64,000 nucleotides of DNA from Alphaproteobacteria bacterium (GTDB lineage Bacteria; Pseudomonadota; Alphaproteobacteria; Rs-D84). Every line of letters starts with the position of its first letter. The first letter of the stretch is position 1. Positions 7,763-16,904 of this stretch are shown piece after piece. A program made the translations under genes and the position numbers. The notes beneath the pieces were generated by a model that saw nothing but the letters and a program-made list of their open reading frames with translations, had not been told where the DNA came from and searched no databases. Where the stretch lies: contig WRCA01000001.1 in the NCBI GenBank assembly GCA_009784275.1, positions 62,404 through 126,403 on the forward strand. Reading direction: 5' to 3'.

Positions 7763-8365
7763 ATGACACGGATTTTACAAATTCGGCGTGGCACTGCTGC
7801 GCAAAATGATAATTTCACCGGCCTCGCCGGGGAAATTTCCATGGATACAGACACCAAGACTTTGCGCATTCATGACGGCGAAACACTCGGCGGATTTCTG
7901 CTTGCACGCGCAGATATGGAAAACACAAACGGCGCGCCATCAGGAGAAGGCACAAACTTCGACATCGAAACTGTGCCCGTTGGATTTTGGAATGGTTTAT
8001 TCGCAGCGCATAATCTGCGCCCCGCCCGCTTTCTGGAAAGCACGCTTTGCACTGTTGCCAACACCAGTTTTTATGACTACGCGTTTGATGAAGTTACCCT
8101 GGACACTGACATATCCTCTGCAATTGCCGAATGTGTTTTGGTTTGCCAGACGCCAGAGGCTGGCTGGGCTGTCGGGGACATTGTTCGCGGATTCGGCATA
8201 GGGAATCGCGCAAACCCAAGCCCCAACTTGTTTTTGGACTCTAACGGTCTGCATATTCGACTAGGTATCGGGACAGAGAATTTTTGGGTATCCCATAAAA
8301 CAACTGGCGTAACGACAAATATCACCAATGCCAATTGGAAAATAAAATTTCGAGTTTGGTATTGA
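7763..8365 (+). CDS. phage tail-fibre-like protein (Mtd/hyaluronidase-type N-terminal motif)
   Basis: The N-terminus MTRILQIRRGTAAQNDNFTGLAGEISMDTDTKTLRIHDGETLGG matches the tail-fibre N-domain pattern (RRGT...L..GE...DTDT..L..GDG.T.GG). SD aaggaag lies upstream. Confidence 0.7.
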   Translation: MTRILQIRRGTAAQNDNFTGLAGEISMDTDTKTLRIHDGETLGGFLLARADMENTNGAPSGEGTNFDIETVPVGFWNGLFAAHNLRPARFLESTLCTVANTSFYDYAFDEVTLDTDISSAIAECVLVCQTPEAGWAVGDIVRGFGIGNRANPSPNLFLDSNGLHIRLGIGTENFWVSHKTTGVTTNITNANWKIKFRVWY

Positions 8366-8415
8366 AATCCTAAAAAACATTTGTTATTCTTTTGCCCTAA
8401 ACAAAAGGATAGTTT

Positions 8416-9663
8416 ATGTATATATTAGCTTTGAACTGCGGTTCTTCGACCCTAAAATTCCAAGTATTTGATACAGATACACACATGCCCGTATTCGGCG
8501 GAAATGCCGAAAAAATTAACGAATTCGGTTCTTTTATCAGATTTAAGTCCAAGTCCAACAAAGGCCAAAAAGATATTCAGCTGAACAATCATTCCGAAGC
8601 GCTTACCGCCGTTATCGAACTATTAAAAGAAAACGGCATTTCGCTGGAATCGATCATTGGGGTCGGCCATCGCGTCGTTCATGGCAGTGATAAATTCGCA
8701 TGCAGTGTCGAAGCAACAGATGAAGTAATAAAAGCTATCAACGATTTTTCTGACTTGGCACCATTACATAATCCGGCTAACTTAACCGGCATCGTCGCGG
8801 CAAAGACAATATTGCCAAATGCAAAACAAGTAGCCGTTTTCGACACCGCGTTTCATCAGACTATGCCGGATTATAATTACCGCTATGCGGTGCCGGGCGC
8901 ATGGTATCGCGAACTGAAAGTGCGTAAGTATGGATTCCATGGAACTTCGCACTTGTATGTATCAAAGCGCGCAGCAGCGCTGCTGGGCAAGCCTGCATCG
9001 AAATGCAATATTATTTCCATGCATATGGGTTCGGGCTCTTCCGCTTGCGCAATAAAGCATGGAATCAGCATCGATACATCGCTGGGCATGACGCCGCTGG
9101 CGGGCCTTATGATGGGTACGCGCTGTGGTGATCTGGATCCATCGGTGCCGTTTTATGTAAAGGAAAAACTGGGGCTGTCCGACAAATCAATTCTGGATTC
9201 TTTGAACAAACTATCTGGAATTCTGGGTGTTACAGAATGCTATTCCGACCGTCGTGATGTAGAAGATCATATGGGAGAAAACGACAACTGCCGATTGGCC
9301 GTCGATATGGAAGCATCACGCGCAAAGAAGTTTATCGGCCAATATATAGCAGCGATCGGAGAACAACTGGATGCAATAGTCTTTACTGCTGGCGGCGGAG
9401 AAAATGATTATATCCTGCGTGAAAAAACCTGCGAAGGATTAGAACACCTGGGAATTAAACTGGACAAGGAACTGAACAAGAAAACCCTTACATTCATGGG
9501 TGCAGGCGAAACTGAAATTTCTGCGCCTGATAGCCGTATCAAAGTCTTTATGATTCCGACCAACGAAGAATTAGTTTTGGTCGAAGACACGATCGCAATC
9601 ATGGATGGAACATATAATCCAAACCATCTAAAGATGGCTTATAGTTTTGCGAAACAACATTAA
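8416..9663 (+). CDS. ackA: acetate kinase
   Basis: 415 aa. Matching segments are ILALNCGSSTLKFQVF, VGHRVVHG, FDTAFHQTMP, YGFHGTSH and the C-terminal IPTNEELV. Confidence 0.92.
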   Translation: MYILALNCGSSTLKFQVFDTDTHMPVFGGNAEKINEFGSFIRFKSKSNKGQKDIQLNNHSEALTAVIELLKENGISLESIIGVGHRVVHGSDKFACSVEATDEVIKAINDFSDLAPLHNPANLTGIVAAKTILPNAKQVAVFDTAFHQTMPDYNYRYAVPGAWYRELKVRKYGFHGTSHLYVSKRAAALLGKPASKCNIISMHMGSGSSACAIKHGISIDTSLGMTPLAGLMMGTRCGDLDPSVPFYVKEKLGLSDKSILDSLNKLSGILGVTECYSDRRDVEDHMGENDNCRLAVDMEASRAKKFIGQYIAAIGEQLDAIVFTAGGGENDYILREKTCEGLEHLGIKLDKELNKKTLTFMGAGETEISAPDSRIKVFMIPTNEELVLVEDTIAIMDGTYNPNHLKMAYSFAKQH

Positions 9664-9690
9664 AAAATCGCCGCAAACGCGGCGATTTTT
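9664..9690. terminator. bidirectional intrinsic terminator
   Basis: aaaaatCGCCGcaaacGCGGCGattttt lies between convergent ackA and the collagen-like gene. Confidence 0.75.
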
Positions 9691-9709
9691 ATTAGACATT
9701 TATTTTTTA

Positions 9710-12250
9710 TTAACAACGAGTACCCGGCGGAGCACCCGGTTTCGGTATACTGATAGTTTGCTGTCTCATCGGAGGTCCCGTCGTAAATGTAATCCGAATA
9801 CACATATCATCTTCTTCTTGTGTAATATCAAATTCACAGGGGCATCCTTCGCCGTCAGCACCGCCACCGGGAGGCCCCGCAGGACCGACAGGACCAGTAT
9901 CACCTTTCGGACCTACTGGGCCTTGTGCGCCATTTGTGCCTGCAGCCCCTTGATTGCCTTGCGGGCCTTGCGAGCCTGTACCAGTTAAACCTTGGTTACC
10001 CTGATTTCCTTGTGGGCCTTGGGCACCTGTACCAGTTAAGCCCTGATTACCTTGAGAACCGGTTGCTCCCTGGTTTCCTTGTGGTCCTTGTGAACCTACA
10101 CCAGTAAAGCCTTGATTTCCTTGATTACCTTGAGATCCAGTCGCACCAGCTGTACCTTGGTTACCTTGTGGACCCTGCGAGCCTATACCAGTCAAACCTT
10201 GGTTACCCTGATTACCTTGTGGCCCTTGCGCACCTGTACCAGTTAAGCCTTGATTACCTTGTGATCCGGTTACTCCTTGATTTCCTTGCGGACCTTGCGA
10301 ACCTACACCAGTAAAGCCTTGGTTGCCTTGCTGGCCGTTCGTGCCAGCCGTACCTTGATTGCCTTGGTTCCCTTGGGGCCCTTGCGCGCCTGTACCAGTT
10401 AAACCCTGATTACCTTGCGATCCAGCCGCGCCGGCTATACCTTGGTTACCTTGTTGGCCATTAGTACCAGCGGTACCTTGATTACCCTGTAAACCAGTTC
10501 CGCCAGTTAAGCCTTGATTGCCTTGTGATCCGGTTGCGCCAATTGTACCTTGGTTGCCTTGCTGACCGTTCGTACCAGCTATACCCTGGTTACCTTGTTG
10601 GCCATTTGTGCCGGCCGTACCTTGATTGCCTTGCGAACCAGTTGCGCCCTGATTCCCTTGAGAACCTGTGGCTCCCTGTACACCTATGCCAGTTGCACCC
10701 TGTGAACCATCTATACCTGCAGTGCCTTGATTTCCTTGGGCACCAGCCGCTCCTTGCGAACCTGTCGATCCTTGTGCGCCAGCGGTACCTTGTGGACCAG
10801 GTATTCCTATACCAACTCCATCCTCACCAGGTATACCTTGCGGGCCGGCGCCGCCTGTTGCACCAGTAGACCCCTGTGCACCAGTTGTACCTTGTGCTCC
10901 TGTTGCGCCCTGGGCGCCATTTATTCCATCAATACCATCTGCGCCTTGGGCCCCTGTTGCACCTTGGGAACCCGTGGCGCCTTGTGCACCAGCAGAACCC
11001 TGCGCACCAGCTGCTCCTTGGGCGCCATCTGTACCATCAATACCATTTGCACCTTGCGGACCTGTGGCGCCTTGTGCGCCTGTCACACCTTGGGCACCAT
11101 TGGTACCGTCTGAACCATCGGTTCCTCGTTCACCTGGTTCACCTTGGTCACCTTTGACACCTTGCGGACCTGTATCACCGATTTCGCCCGTCGGACCAAT
11201 ATCACCCTGTGGACCTTTTTCACCTGGATCACCCAGGGGACCCTTGTCACCCTGCGGACCTTTATCACCATGGGCACCATCCGTACCAGGCATGCCTGGT
11301 AACCCTTCTAAACCCGGTTCTCCATCTGGACCTCTTTCACCTGGATCTCCTTGGGGACCCTTGTCGCCTTGGGCGCCTTTATCTCCGGGATTACCATCAG
11401 CGCCTGGAGCACCAGCCGCACCTTGTGCGCCATCTGGGCCTTGATTGCCATCGGGACCTGCACCATCTGGACCTTGTGCGCCAGTTGCACCCTGTGCACC
11501 GGCAGAACCTTGCGGACCAGCAGCACCTTGTGCGCCATCAGGACCTTGATTACCTTCGGGACCAGCACCATCTGGACCTTGGGCGCCAGTCGCACCTTGG
11601 GAACCTGTGGTTCCTTGCGAACCAGCCGCGCCTTGCGAGCCAGAAGCACCTTGATTACCGTCAAACCCTTGACCGCCAATCGTACCGATAGCGCCTTGGG
11701 TACCAGCAGAACCTTGCGGACCGATCACACCCTGTGCACCAACTGGACCTTGGGCGCCATCTGGACCCTGGACGCCAGATCCGCCTTCACCCCCGCCTTG
11801 CGGGCCTTGAGGACCAGTAGCACCGGTCGCACCTTGGGGACCTGTTGTTCCGGTTCCTGTGGAACCTTGGATACCTTGGGCTCCTTGAAATCCTTGCGGG
11901 CCATGGGCACCCTGCGGGCCGGCTTCGCCGTCGCCGATGCCATCTATTATGTTATAGATAACATCTTGAAAATTATTGAACTCGCTGTAAGTAACATAAT
12001 TAGAAAGGTCAATTGAACCACCACCGCCGCCGCCACCAGGAACTTTTACAATAGACCCAGGCTTCAGCGTATATGCTGTAGACTGAAGATACTTGCTGAT
12101 GGTATTAGTCATACGAGGCTGGTTCGCAGCGCTACGCGCAATAGAAGCACTGGTAGTAGTAGATGCAGGGATTTTTACAGTAGCCGCCGCCATAGAATCG
12201 GTAAACGATACCAATGACACCGTAAGAGCAAGCATGGAAACTCGTAACAT
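9710..12250 (-). CDS. secreted collagen-like (Gly-X-Y) repeat protein, paralogue 1 of 3
   Basis: 846-aa ORF with SD ggaaaggaaggg upstream and a signal-peptide-like N-terminus. A conserved ~105-aa N-module ends in [26 protein letters not shown]. Hundreds of residues of G-X-Y repeat follow. The protein ends in a short Cys-containing tail (GCPCEF...). Confidence 0.9.
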   Translation of the reverse strand: MLRVSMLALTVSLVSFTDSMAAATVKIPASTTTSASIARSAANQPRMTNTISKYLQSTAYTLKPGSIVKVPGGGGGGGSIDLSNYVTYSEFNNFQDVIYNIIDGIGDGEAGPQGAHGPQGFQGAQGIQGSTGTGTTGPQGATGATGPQGPQGGGEGGSGVQGPDGAQGPVGAQGVIGPQGSAGTQGAIGTIGGQGFDGNQGASGSQGAAGSQGTTGSQGATGAQGPDGAGPEGNQGPDGAQGAAGPQGSAGAQGATGAQGPDGAGPDGNQGPDGAQGAAGAPGADGNPGDKGAQGDKGPQGDPGERGPDGEPGLEGLPGMPGTDGAHGDKGPQGDKGPLGDPGEKGPQGDIGPTGEIGDTGPQGVKGDQGEPGERGTDGSDGTNGAQGVTGAQGATGPQGANGIDGTDGAQGAAGAQGSAGAQGATGSQGATGAQGADGIDGINGAQGATGAQGTTGAQGSTGATGGAGPQGIPGEDGVGIGIPGPQGTAGAQGSTGSQGAAGAQGNQGTAGIDGSQGATGIGVQGATGSQGNQGATGSQGNQGTAGTNGQQGNQGIAGTNGQQGNQGTIGATGSQGNQGLTGGTGLQGNQGTAGTNGQQGNQGIAGAAGSQGNQGLTGTGAQGPQGNQGNQGTAGTNGQQGNQGFTGVGSQGPQGNQGVTGSQGNQGLTGTGAQGPQGNQGNQGLTGIGSQGPQGNQGTAGATGSQGNQGNQGFTGVGSQGPQGNQGATGSQGNQGLTGTGAQGPQGNQGNQGLTGTGSQGPQGNQGAAGTNGAQGPVGPKGDTGPVGPAGPPGGGADGEGCPCEFDITQEEDDMCIRITFTTGPPMRQQTISIPKPGAPPGTRC

Positions 12251-12271
12251 ATCCCTTCCTTTCCGCGGAAT

Positions 12272-12322
12272 TTATTCTCTGATTGGAAAAGTATATTACA
12301 AAAGCTTTTGTCCACGCAAGCG
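12272..12322 (-). promoter_or_regulatory. conserved upstream block shared with the 52290-54776 paralogue (promoter / 5' UTR)
   Basis: About 50 nt are near-identical to 54799-54850 (ttattctctgatwggaaaaktatattacaaaagcwtttgtccasgcaagcg). Confidence 0.55.
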
Positions 12323-12367
12323 TTTATTTTTCAATTAATTTTTAGGATATAATATAAAAACTATTCG

Positions 12368-13087
12368 TCAATCTTCCAGAACTTGTTTCTGCAGGTCAAT
12401 AAGCTTTGCGCATCCAGTTGACGCAAGCTTCATCAGCTCTATCATTTTCTCTGCTTCAAAAGGATGTTCTTCGCCTGTTGCCTGCACTTCTATAAATTTT
12501 CCACTGCCCGACATTACAAAATTCGCGTCCAATTCTGCACAGCAGTCTTCTTCAAAATCCAAATCCAAAATCAAATCCCCATTGCGAATGCCAGCGCTTA
12601 CCGCTGCCACAAAATCCGAAATAGGATTTTCACGAATACGCTCGTTCTTCAACAACCAGCGCACCGCCAATTGTAATGCTATAAACCCGCCGGTAATAGA
12701 TGCGCAGCGCGTTCCGCCATCTGCCTGTATAACATCACAATCTATTGTAATCGTATGTTTGCCCAATTTTTCCATATCGCAGACCGACCGGAAAGAGCGT
12801 CCTATTAAACGCATAATTTCCGCACCGCGATGATCGCGCATTAACTGTTCACGTCCTTTTCTAGTTTCAACAGAACGCGGCAGCATATTATATTCCGCCG
12901 TAATCCATCCACCTGTTTTATTCTGCTGGCGCTTCCACAAGGGTTGTTGCATATCCACCGACGCAGTGCACAGCACTTGTGTTCCGCCGATTTTAATAAG
13001 GCAGCTTCCTTCTGCCCATTTATTCACATTTGTTTCTATTGATACCGGACGCATTTGGTCTGGTTTACGCAGCGAAGGTCTTTGCAT
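12368..13087 (-). CDS. rph: ribonuclease PH
   Basis: MQRPSLRKPDQMRPVSIETNVNKWAEGSCLIKIGGTQVLCTASV... is colinear with RNase PH. The start is set at the internal Met (13087), giving a length of about 239 aa. The ORF-track start is 13123. Confidence 0.9.
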   Translation of the reverse strand: MQRPSLRKPDQMRPVSIETNVNKWAEGSCLIKIGGTQVLCTASVDMQQPLWKRQQNKTGGWITAEYNMLPRSVETRKGREQLMRDHRGAEIMRLIGRSFRSVCDMEKLGKHTITIDCDVIQADGGTRCASITGGFIALQLAVRWLLKNERIRENPISDFVAAVSAGIRNGDLILDLDFEEDCCAELDANFVMSGSGKFIEVQATGEEHPFEAEKMIELMKLASTGCAKLIDLQKQVLED

Positions 13088-13210
13088 AATGATTCCTTTT
13101 GTTCGCGAAAATGATAGCCACACGAAATAATTTTCGCAACTTATAATTTTATTGACAAATAGTATTTTAATTGTAAAGATAGCGGGGCCAAGAAATAAAA
13201 GGGATATAAA

Positions 13211-13489
13211 ATGGTAAAAACGATAACTTCATACCCGATCACGAGACTGGTAAAAACTATTCAAGGTCATTCTAAAAAATTAGCTGGAGATAAAAGCAAG
13301 GTTCAGGCGTTTAAAGACATGCTGGGCGACACAGACTTCCAAATTTCCAAAAAGGCTGTTTATGCCATGGAAGCCCAATGCAACCAACTCGAAATGGGTC
13401 TCGCGAATACTTATTCATATCTTGAAAAGAAAATGCCGGAAGAATTACATCGTTATCATTTTGGCGTTCGCGTATATGACGGAATGTAA
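13211..13489 (+). CDS. hypothetical protein (92 aa)
   Basis: ORF with SD aaaggga upstream and a promoter-like TTGACA at about 13158. No motif recognised. Confidence 0.5.
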   Translation: MVKTITSYPITRLVKTIQGHSKKLAGDKSKVQAFKDMLGDTDFQISKKAVYAMEAQCNQLEMGLANTYSYLEKKMPEELHRYHFGVRVYDGM

Positions 13490-13501
13490 AGGGATATTTA
13501 A

Positions 13502-13702
13502 ATGAAACGCAAACCTGAAAATCTTTCAACGGTTTTGAAACCTGTTTTATCTAAAACAAAACATTTTGTCGGACATAATACAATTGCATATGTTATTAAG
13601 TCTTTTGTACATGCATACAGGGTTCGAGATCTGCAAAGAGAATTGAACAATTTAAAAAGAGTACATCGATACAATAATGAATCCCCTACCCTTCAAATGT
13701 AA
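13502..13702 (+). CDS. hypothetical basic protein (66 aa)
   Basis: ORF 12 nt after the previous one, followed directly by a terminator. No motif recognised. Confidence 0.45.
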   Translation: MKRKPENLSTVLKPVLSKTKHFVGHNTIAYVIKSFVHAYRVRDLQRELNNLKRVHRYNNESPTLQM

Positions 13703-13730
13703 AAATCCCGCCAAACGGCGGGATTTTTTT
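13701..13730 (+). terminator. intrinsic terminator
   Basis: aaaaatCCCGCCaaacGGCGGGattttttt. Confidence 0.8.
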
Positions 13731-13787
13731 AGGTTTGCTTTTTTGATGCGATTTGACTATTCTCTGTCCTGCTAAAAAAGGATAACC

Positions 13788-14810
13788 ATGTCAGCCAAAA
13801 CAAAACGACTGTTCAAAAAATTTGTTTCTTGGTCAGGGATTTTGTTTTTTATGATTGCCGCAGGAATGCTGTACTGGCAGCTGCGCCATCATTCCCTTTA
13901 TGAAATAGCCCGCGCATTATGGAATATTCCGTTTATCAATTTGGTTTGGGCATTGTTGGCTGCGATCGCAGGATATATCACTTTGTCTTTCTATGACTAT
14001 CTGGCGCTGCGATATATAGGCAAGATGGTTTCATGGTGGAAATGGATGCTGGCGGGCGTAATCGGCTTTGCCATCAGCAATAATGCAGGCCATGCGGTTG
14101 TTTCTGGCGGCGCGATCAGATACAGGCTTTACACGCGTTGGCGAATACGCGCAGGCGATATTGTAAAGATTTTGACTTATAACGGATTTACTTATTTCTT
14201 GGGTTGTACCGCGATTGTGATTCTGGGTTATTTCATGGTTCCGCATTCGCTGTTCGCAGAATCCGTTGGCGCCAGCATAGGCTTGCACGGGCTGTTTATT
14301 TTCTGCGTCGCGTCACTGGGGGCTTACTTTGTGATGACCCAGCTGTTCAGGAATAAAACCATAAAGATAGGCGATTTGCACTTTCAGATTCCAACCACTG
14401 GGGCTGCATTCCTCCAAGTGCTGGTAGGAATACTGGACAGCGTATTTGCCGGGTTAGTGTTGTACTTCTGTCTGATTCATTTTGTAGATATTCCGTTTGG
14501 CATTTTCATTGGGCTTTTTGTGATTGCCCAAGTCGCAGGGGTATTCAGCCAGGTTCCAGGCGGTATTGGCGTATTTGAAAGTGTGTTTATGCTGGCGCTG
14601 CCGGGGGATGTAGACAAGGCCAGTATTTTTGGGGCTTTGTTGGCATACCGCATAATTTACTACGTGCTGCCGCTGATAGGCGCTGGGGGATTATTCTTGA
14701 TTTACGAAAATTATCTGCGTGCCAGGATGAAGCGCTGGCTGGCGGAAGCATCCGCGCTGGCGCATAAAATTCCCCACCCGAAAATTCCGAAGCTGGGAAA
14801 GAAAAAATAA
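13788..14810 (+). CDS. MprF/YbhN-type flippase-like integral membrane protein (UPF0104), stand-alone
   Basis: 340 aa with multiple TM segments. The motif GGAIRYRLYTRWRI resembles the MprF flippase-domain signature. No C-terminal synthase domain is present. Confidence 0.65.
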   Translation: MSAKTKRLFKKFVSWSGILFFMIAAGMLYWQLRHHSLYEIARALWNIPFINLVWALLAAIAGYITLSFYDYLALRYIGKMVSWWKWMLAGVIGFAISNNAGHAVVSGGAIRYRLYTRWRIRAGDIVKILTYNGFTYFLGCTAIVILGYFMVPHSLFAESVGASIGLHGLFIFCVASLGAYFVMTQLFRNKTIKIGDLHFQIPTTGAAFLQVLVGILDSVFAGLVLYFCLIHFVDIPFGIFIGLFVIAQVAGVFSQVPGGIGVFESVFMLALPGDVDKASIFGALLAYRIIYYVLPLIGAGGLFLIYENYLRARMKRWLAEASALAHKIPHPKIPKLGKKK

Positions 14811-15009
14811 ATTTCTTGCCTATTGCATATTTCAATGATAGGCTTCTCTACGCAACAAAAAATAGGCGAAACAGTGTTCAGCGTGCTGGCTCTTTTTCTA
14901 TTGATTTTCGCACTGCCAATCATCACAGCGCAGTCCCTTGGCATAGCCATAGGCTCATGGGGACGGGTCAATACTATGTTTTTGTTCGCAAAACACAAAG
15001 GATTTAACA
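14811..15009 (+). promoter_or_regulatory. long 5' untranslated region of rne
   Basis: About 200 nt of non-coding leader precede RNase E. In E. coli the rne 5' UTR mediates autoregulation. No conserved motif was verified here. Confidence 0.3.
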
Positions 15010-16812
15010 ATGAGCAAGAGAATCTATGTGGATGCGGTCCACCCGGAGGAAACCCGGGTTGTGGTCATAGAATCCGCGAACAACAGGGTTTCGGATTTTG
15101 ATGTAGAAACAACAACTAAACCCCAAATCAAAGGCAATATTTATCTGGCAAAGGTTATTCGCGTAGAACCGTCATTGCAGGCGGCTTTCGTGGATTACGG
15201 TACAGGTAAGAACGGATTTCTGCCTTTTTCTGAAATTCATCCGGACTATTACCAGGTTACCCCAGAACAAAAAAAGAAACTGTTAGAGCTGGCACATGCC
15301 GCCATTGTCGACGACGATGAAGATCCAAATGAAAATGACGAAGTCGCCGAATACGACGACAATGATTCTGGCGAGGATAACAAGGAATTTCAAAAACGGG
15401 CCAGAGAATTCAAGATCCAGGACGTCATAAAGCCAAAGCAGATTCTGCTGATCCAAGGAGTCAAGGAAGAGCGCGGGCAAAAAGGCGCGTCCATGACGAC
15501 TTACCTGTCTTTGGCGGGGCGCTTTGCCGTTCTTATGCCGAACAGCCGCAAGCGGAACAGCTATGGCATTTCCAAGAAAATCAGCGACCGACCGGAACGC
15601 GCGCGCTTGCGTGACATCCTGCATAGCTTGAAGATACCAAAGGGAATGACCGTTGTATTACGTACGGCGGCATTTGGCACATCTGGCGAAGATATCGCGA
15701 AAGACTATGATTATCTGGTTAATCTGTGGAACGATATTCGGAAAACAACGCTTGAATCCGTCGCCCCGGCGATTATTCATACTGAAGATTCCTTGCTGCG
15801 TCGCGTGGTTCGCGACTTTTTGTCTGAACCAGAAGATATTCTGGTGATTCAGGGCGAAGACGCATTCGAAGCAGCGACCAACTATTTCAAGCAGATGTAT
15901 GGCCGCACACCGAAAAAGCAGCTGGCGCTGTATTCGGATGGGGGTGTGCCACTGTTCGTAAAAGCAGGTGTGGAGCAGCAATTGGAAGGCTTGCATGGCC
16001 CATATGTTCAGCTGAAATCCGGCGGCAGTTTAGTTATCAATTCGACCGAGGCAATGGTCACAATCGACGTTAACTCCAGCCGCGCGATCAAGGAAAAAGA
16101 TATCGAAGCAACCGCCCTTTCTACCAATTTAGAAGCCGCGGAAGAAATCGCCCTGCAGCTGCGCTTGCGTGACTTGGCCGGCATAATTGCGATCGACTTC
16201 ATCGATATGGAAGACGAAAAGAACAATCGCAAGCTGGAAACCAAAATGCGCGAAGTGATGAAACGCGACCGCGCACGCACCCAAGTTGCAAAAATCAATA
16301 ACTTTGGGGTTTTGATGTTGTCACGCCAACGGATGCGTTCTTCATTTATCGAATCCAGCTATATTCAATGTCCGCACTGCCTGGGTGCCGGAGTAGTGCC
16401 TTCGATTCAAACTGCGGCGGTGATTTTATTCCGTCACTTGCAGGAAAAACTGTTGGCAAAATCCGCGCAAAAGATCATCATGACGGTGCCGTCTGATGTT
16501 GCTATTTACCTGTTGAATAACAAGCGTTCAGAACTGGCGGCGATGGAACAAGAATTCGATACTGAAATTGTGATAGTCGGCGACGACAGTTTGATGAATA
16601 TCGATCAGTACTCAATACATCGCGTTGCGCCAGAGGCTAATAAGACAGACGATATTTTGAACGCTCATTCGCCAAGCACTGATGTAAAGAAAAAGAATGC
16701 GGAGCATCAAGAGGCAAAAAAGACCACGGTAAACGCGCCAAAGCGCAGACGTCGCAAGTCTGCGCCAAAGCCGGCACCAAAAAAGACCATCTGGCAAAAA
16801 ATTGTCGGGTAA
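15010..16812 (+). CDS. rne: ribonuclease E/G family endoribonuclease (RNase E-like, short C-terminal tail)
   Basis: 600 aa. An S1 domain (GNIYLAKVIRVEPSLQAAFVDYG) is interrupted by an acidic insertion. The DNase-I-like segment includes IDVNS, a Zn-link CPHCxG is present, and the tail is basic. Confidence 0.9.
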   Translation: MSKRIYVDAVHPEETRVVVIESANNRVSDFDVETTTKPQIKGNIYLAKVIRVEPSLQAAFVDYGTGKNGFLPFSEIHPDYYQVTPEQKKKLLELAHAAIVDDDEDPNENDEVAEYDDNDSGEDNKEFQKRAREFKIQDVIKPKQILLIQGVKEERGQKGASMTTYLSLAGRFAVLMPNSRKRNSYGISKKISDRPERARLRDILHSLKIPKGMTVVLRTAAFGTSGEDIAKDYDYLVNLWNDIRKTTLESVAPAIIHTEDSLLRRVVRDFLSEPEDILVIQGEDAFEAATNYFKQMYGRTPKKQLALYSDGGVPLFVKAGVEQQLEGLHGPYVQLKSGGSLVINSTEAMVTIDVNSSRAIKEKDIEATALSTNLEAAEEIALQLRLRDLAGIIAIDFIDMEDEKNNRKLETKMREVMKRDRARTQVAKINNFGVLMLSRQRMRSSFIESSYIQCPHCLGAGVVPSIQTAAVILFRHLQEKLLAKSAQKIIMTVPSDVAIYLLNNKRSELAAMEQEFDTEIVIVGDDSLMNIDQYSIHRVAPEANKTDDILNAHSPSTDVKKKNAEHQEAKKTTVNAPKRRRRKSAPKPAPKKTIWQKIVG

Positions 16813-16823
16813 TATATGGAGAG

Positions 16824-16854
16824 AAAAAACGCGGCAATTGCCGCGTTTTATTTT
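16824..16854 (+). terminator. intrinsic terminator
   Basis: aaaaaaCGCGGCaattGCCGCGttttatttt. Confidence 0.8.
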
Positions 16855-16904
16855 GAATATAATTTCCCATTGCCTAATTGCGGTAAATTTCGGATAATTG
16901 TTTC

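Noticed and set aside
7763-8365. Diversity-generating retroelement, suggested by the Mtd-like N-domain
   Set aside because: I could find no reverse transcriptase, no template/variable repeat pair and no accessory gene anywhere in the window. Only the N-terminal fibre motif is shared.
9925-12016. Many alternative-frame and antisense ORFs inside the collagen-like genes, for example 10974-11444, 11351-12016, 28232-29179, 53380-54231 and 52824-53573
   Set aside because: These are artefacts of the stop-poor GGN-NNN-NNN triplet periodicity. Only the Gly-X-Y frame has a signal peptide, an SD and the conserved N-module.
7763-12250. Prophage or tailocin interpretation of the tail-fibre-like and collagen-like genes
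   Set aside because: The window contains no capsid, terminase, portal, sheath, tube, baseplate, lysis or integrase genes. The fibre-like genes are interleaved with housekeeping genes (ackA, rph, lgt, lpxI) and carry signal-peptide-like N-termini.
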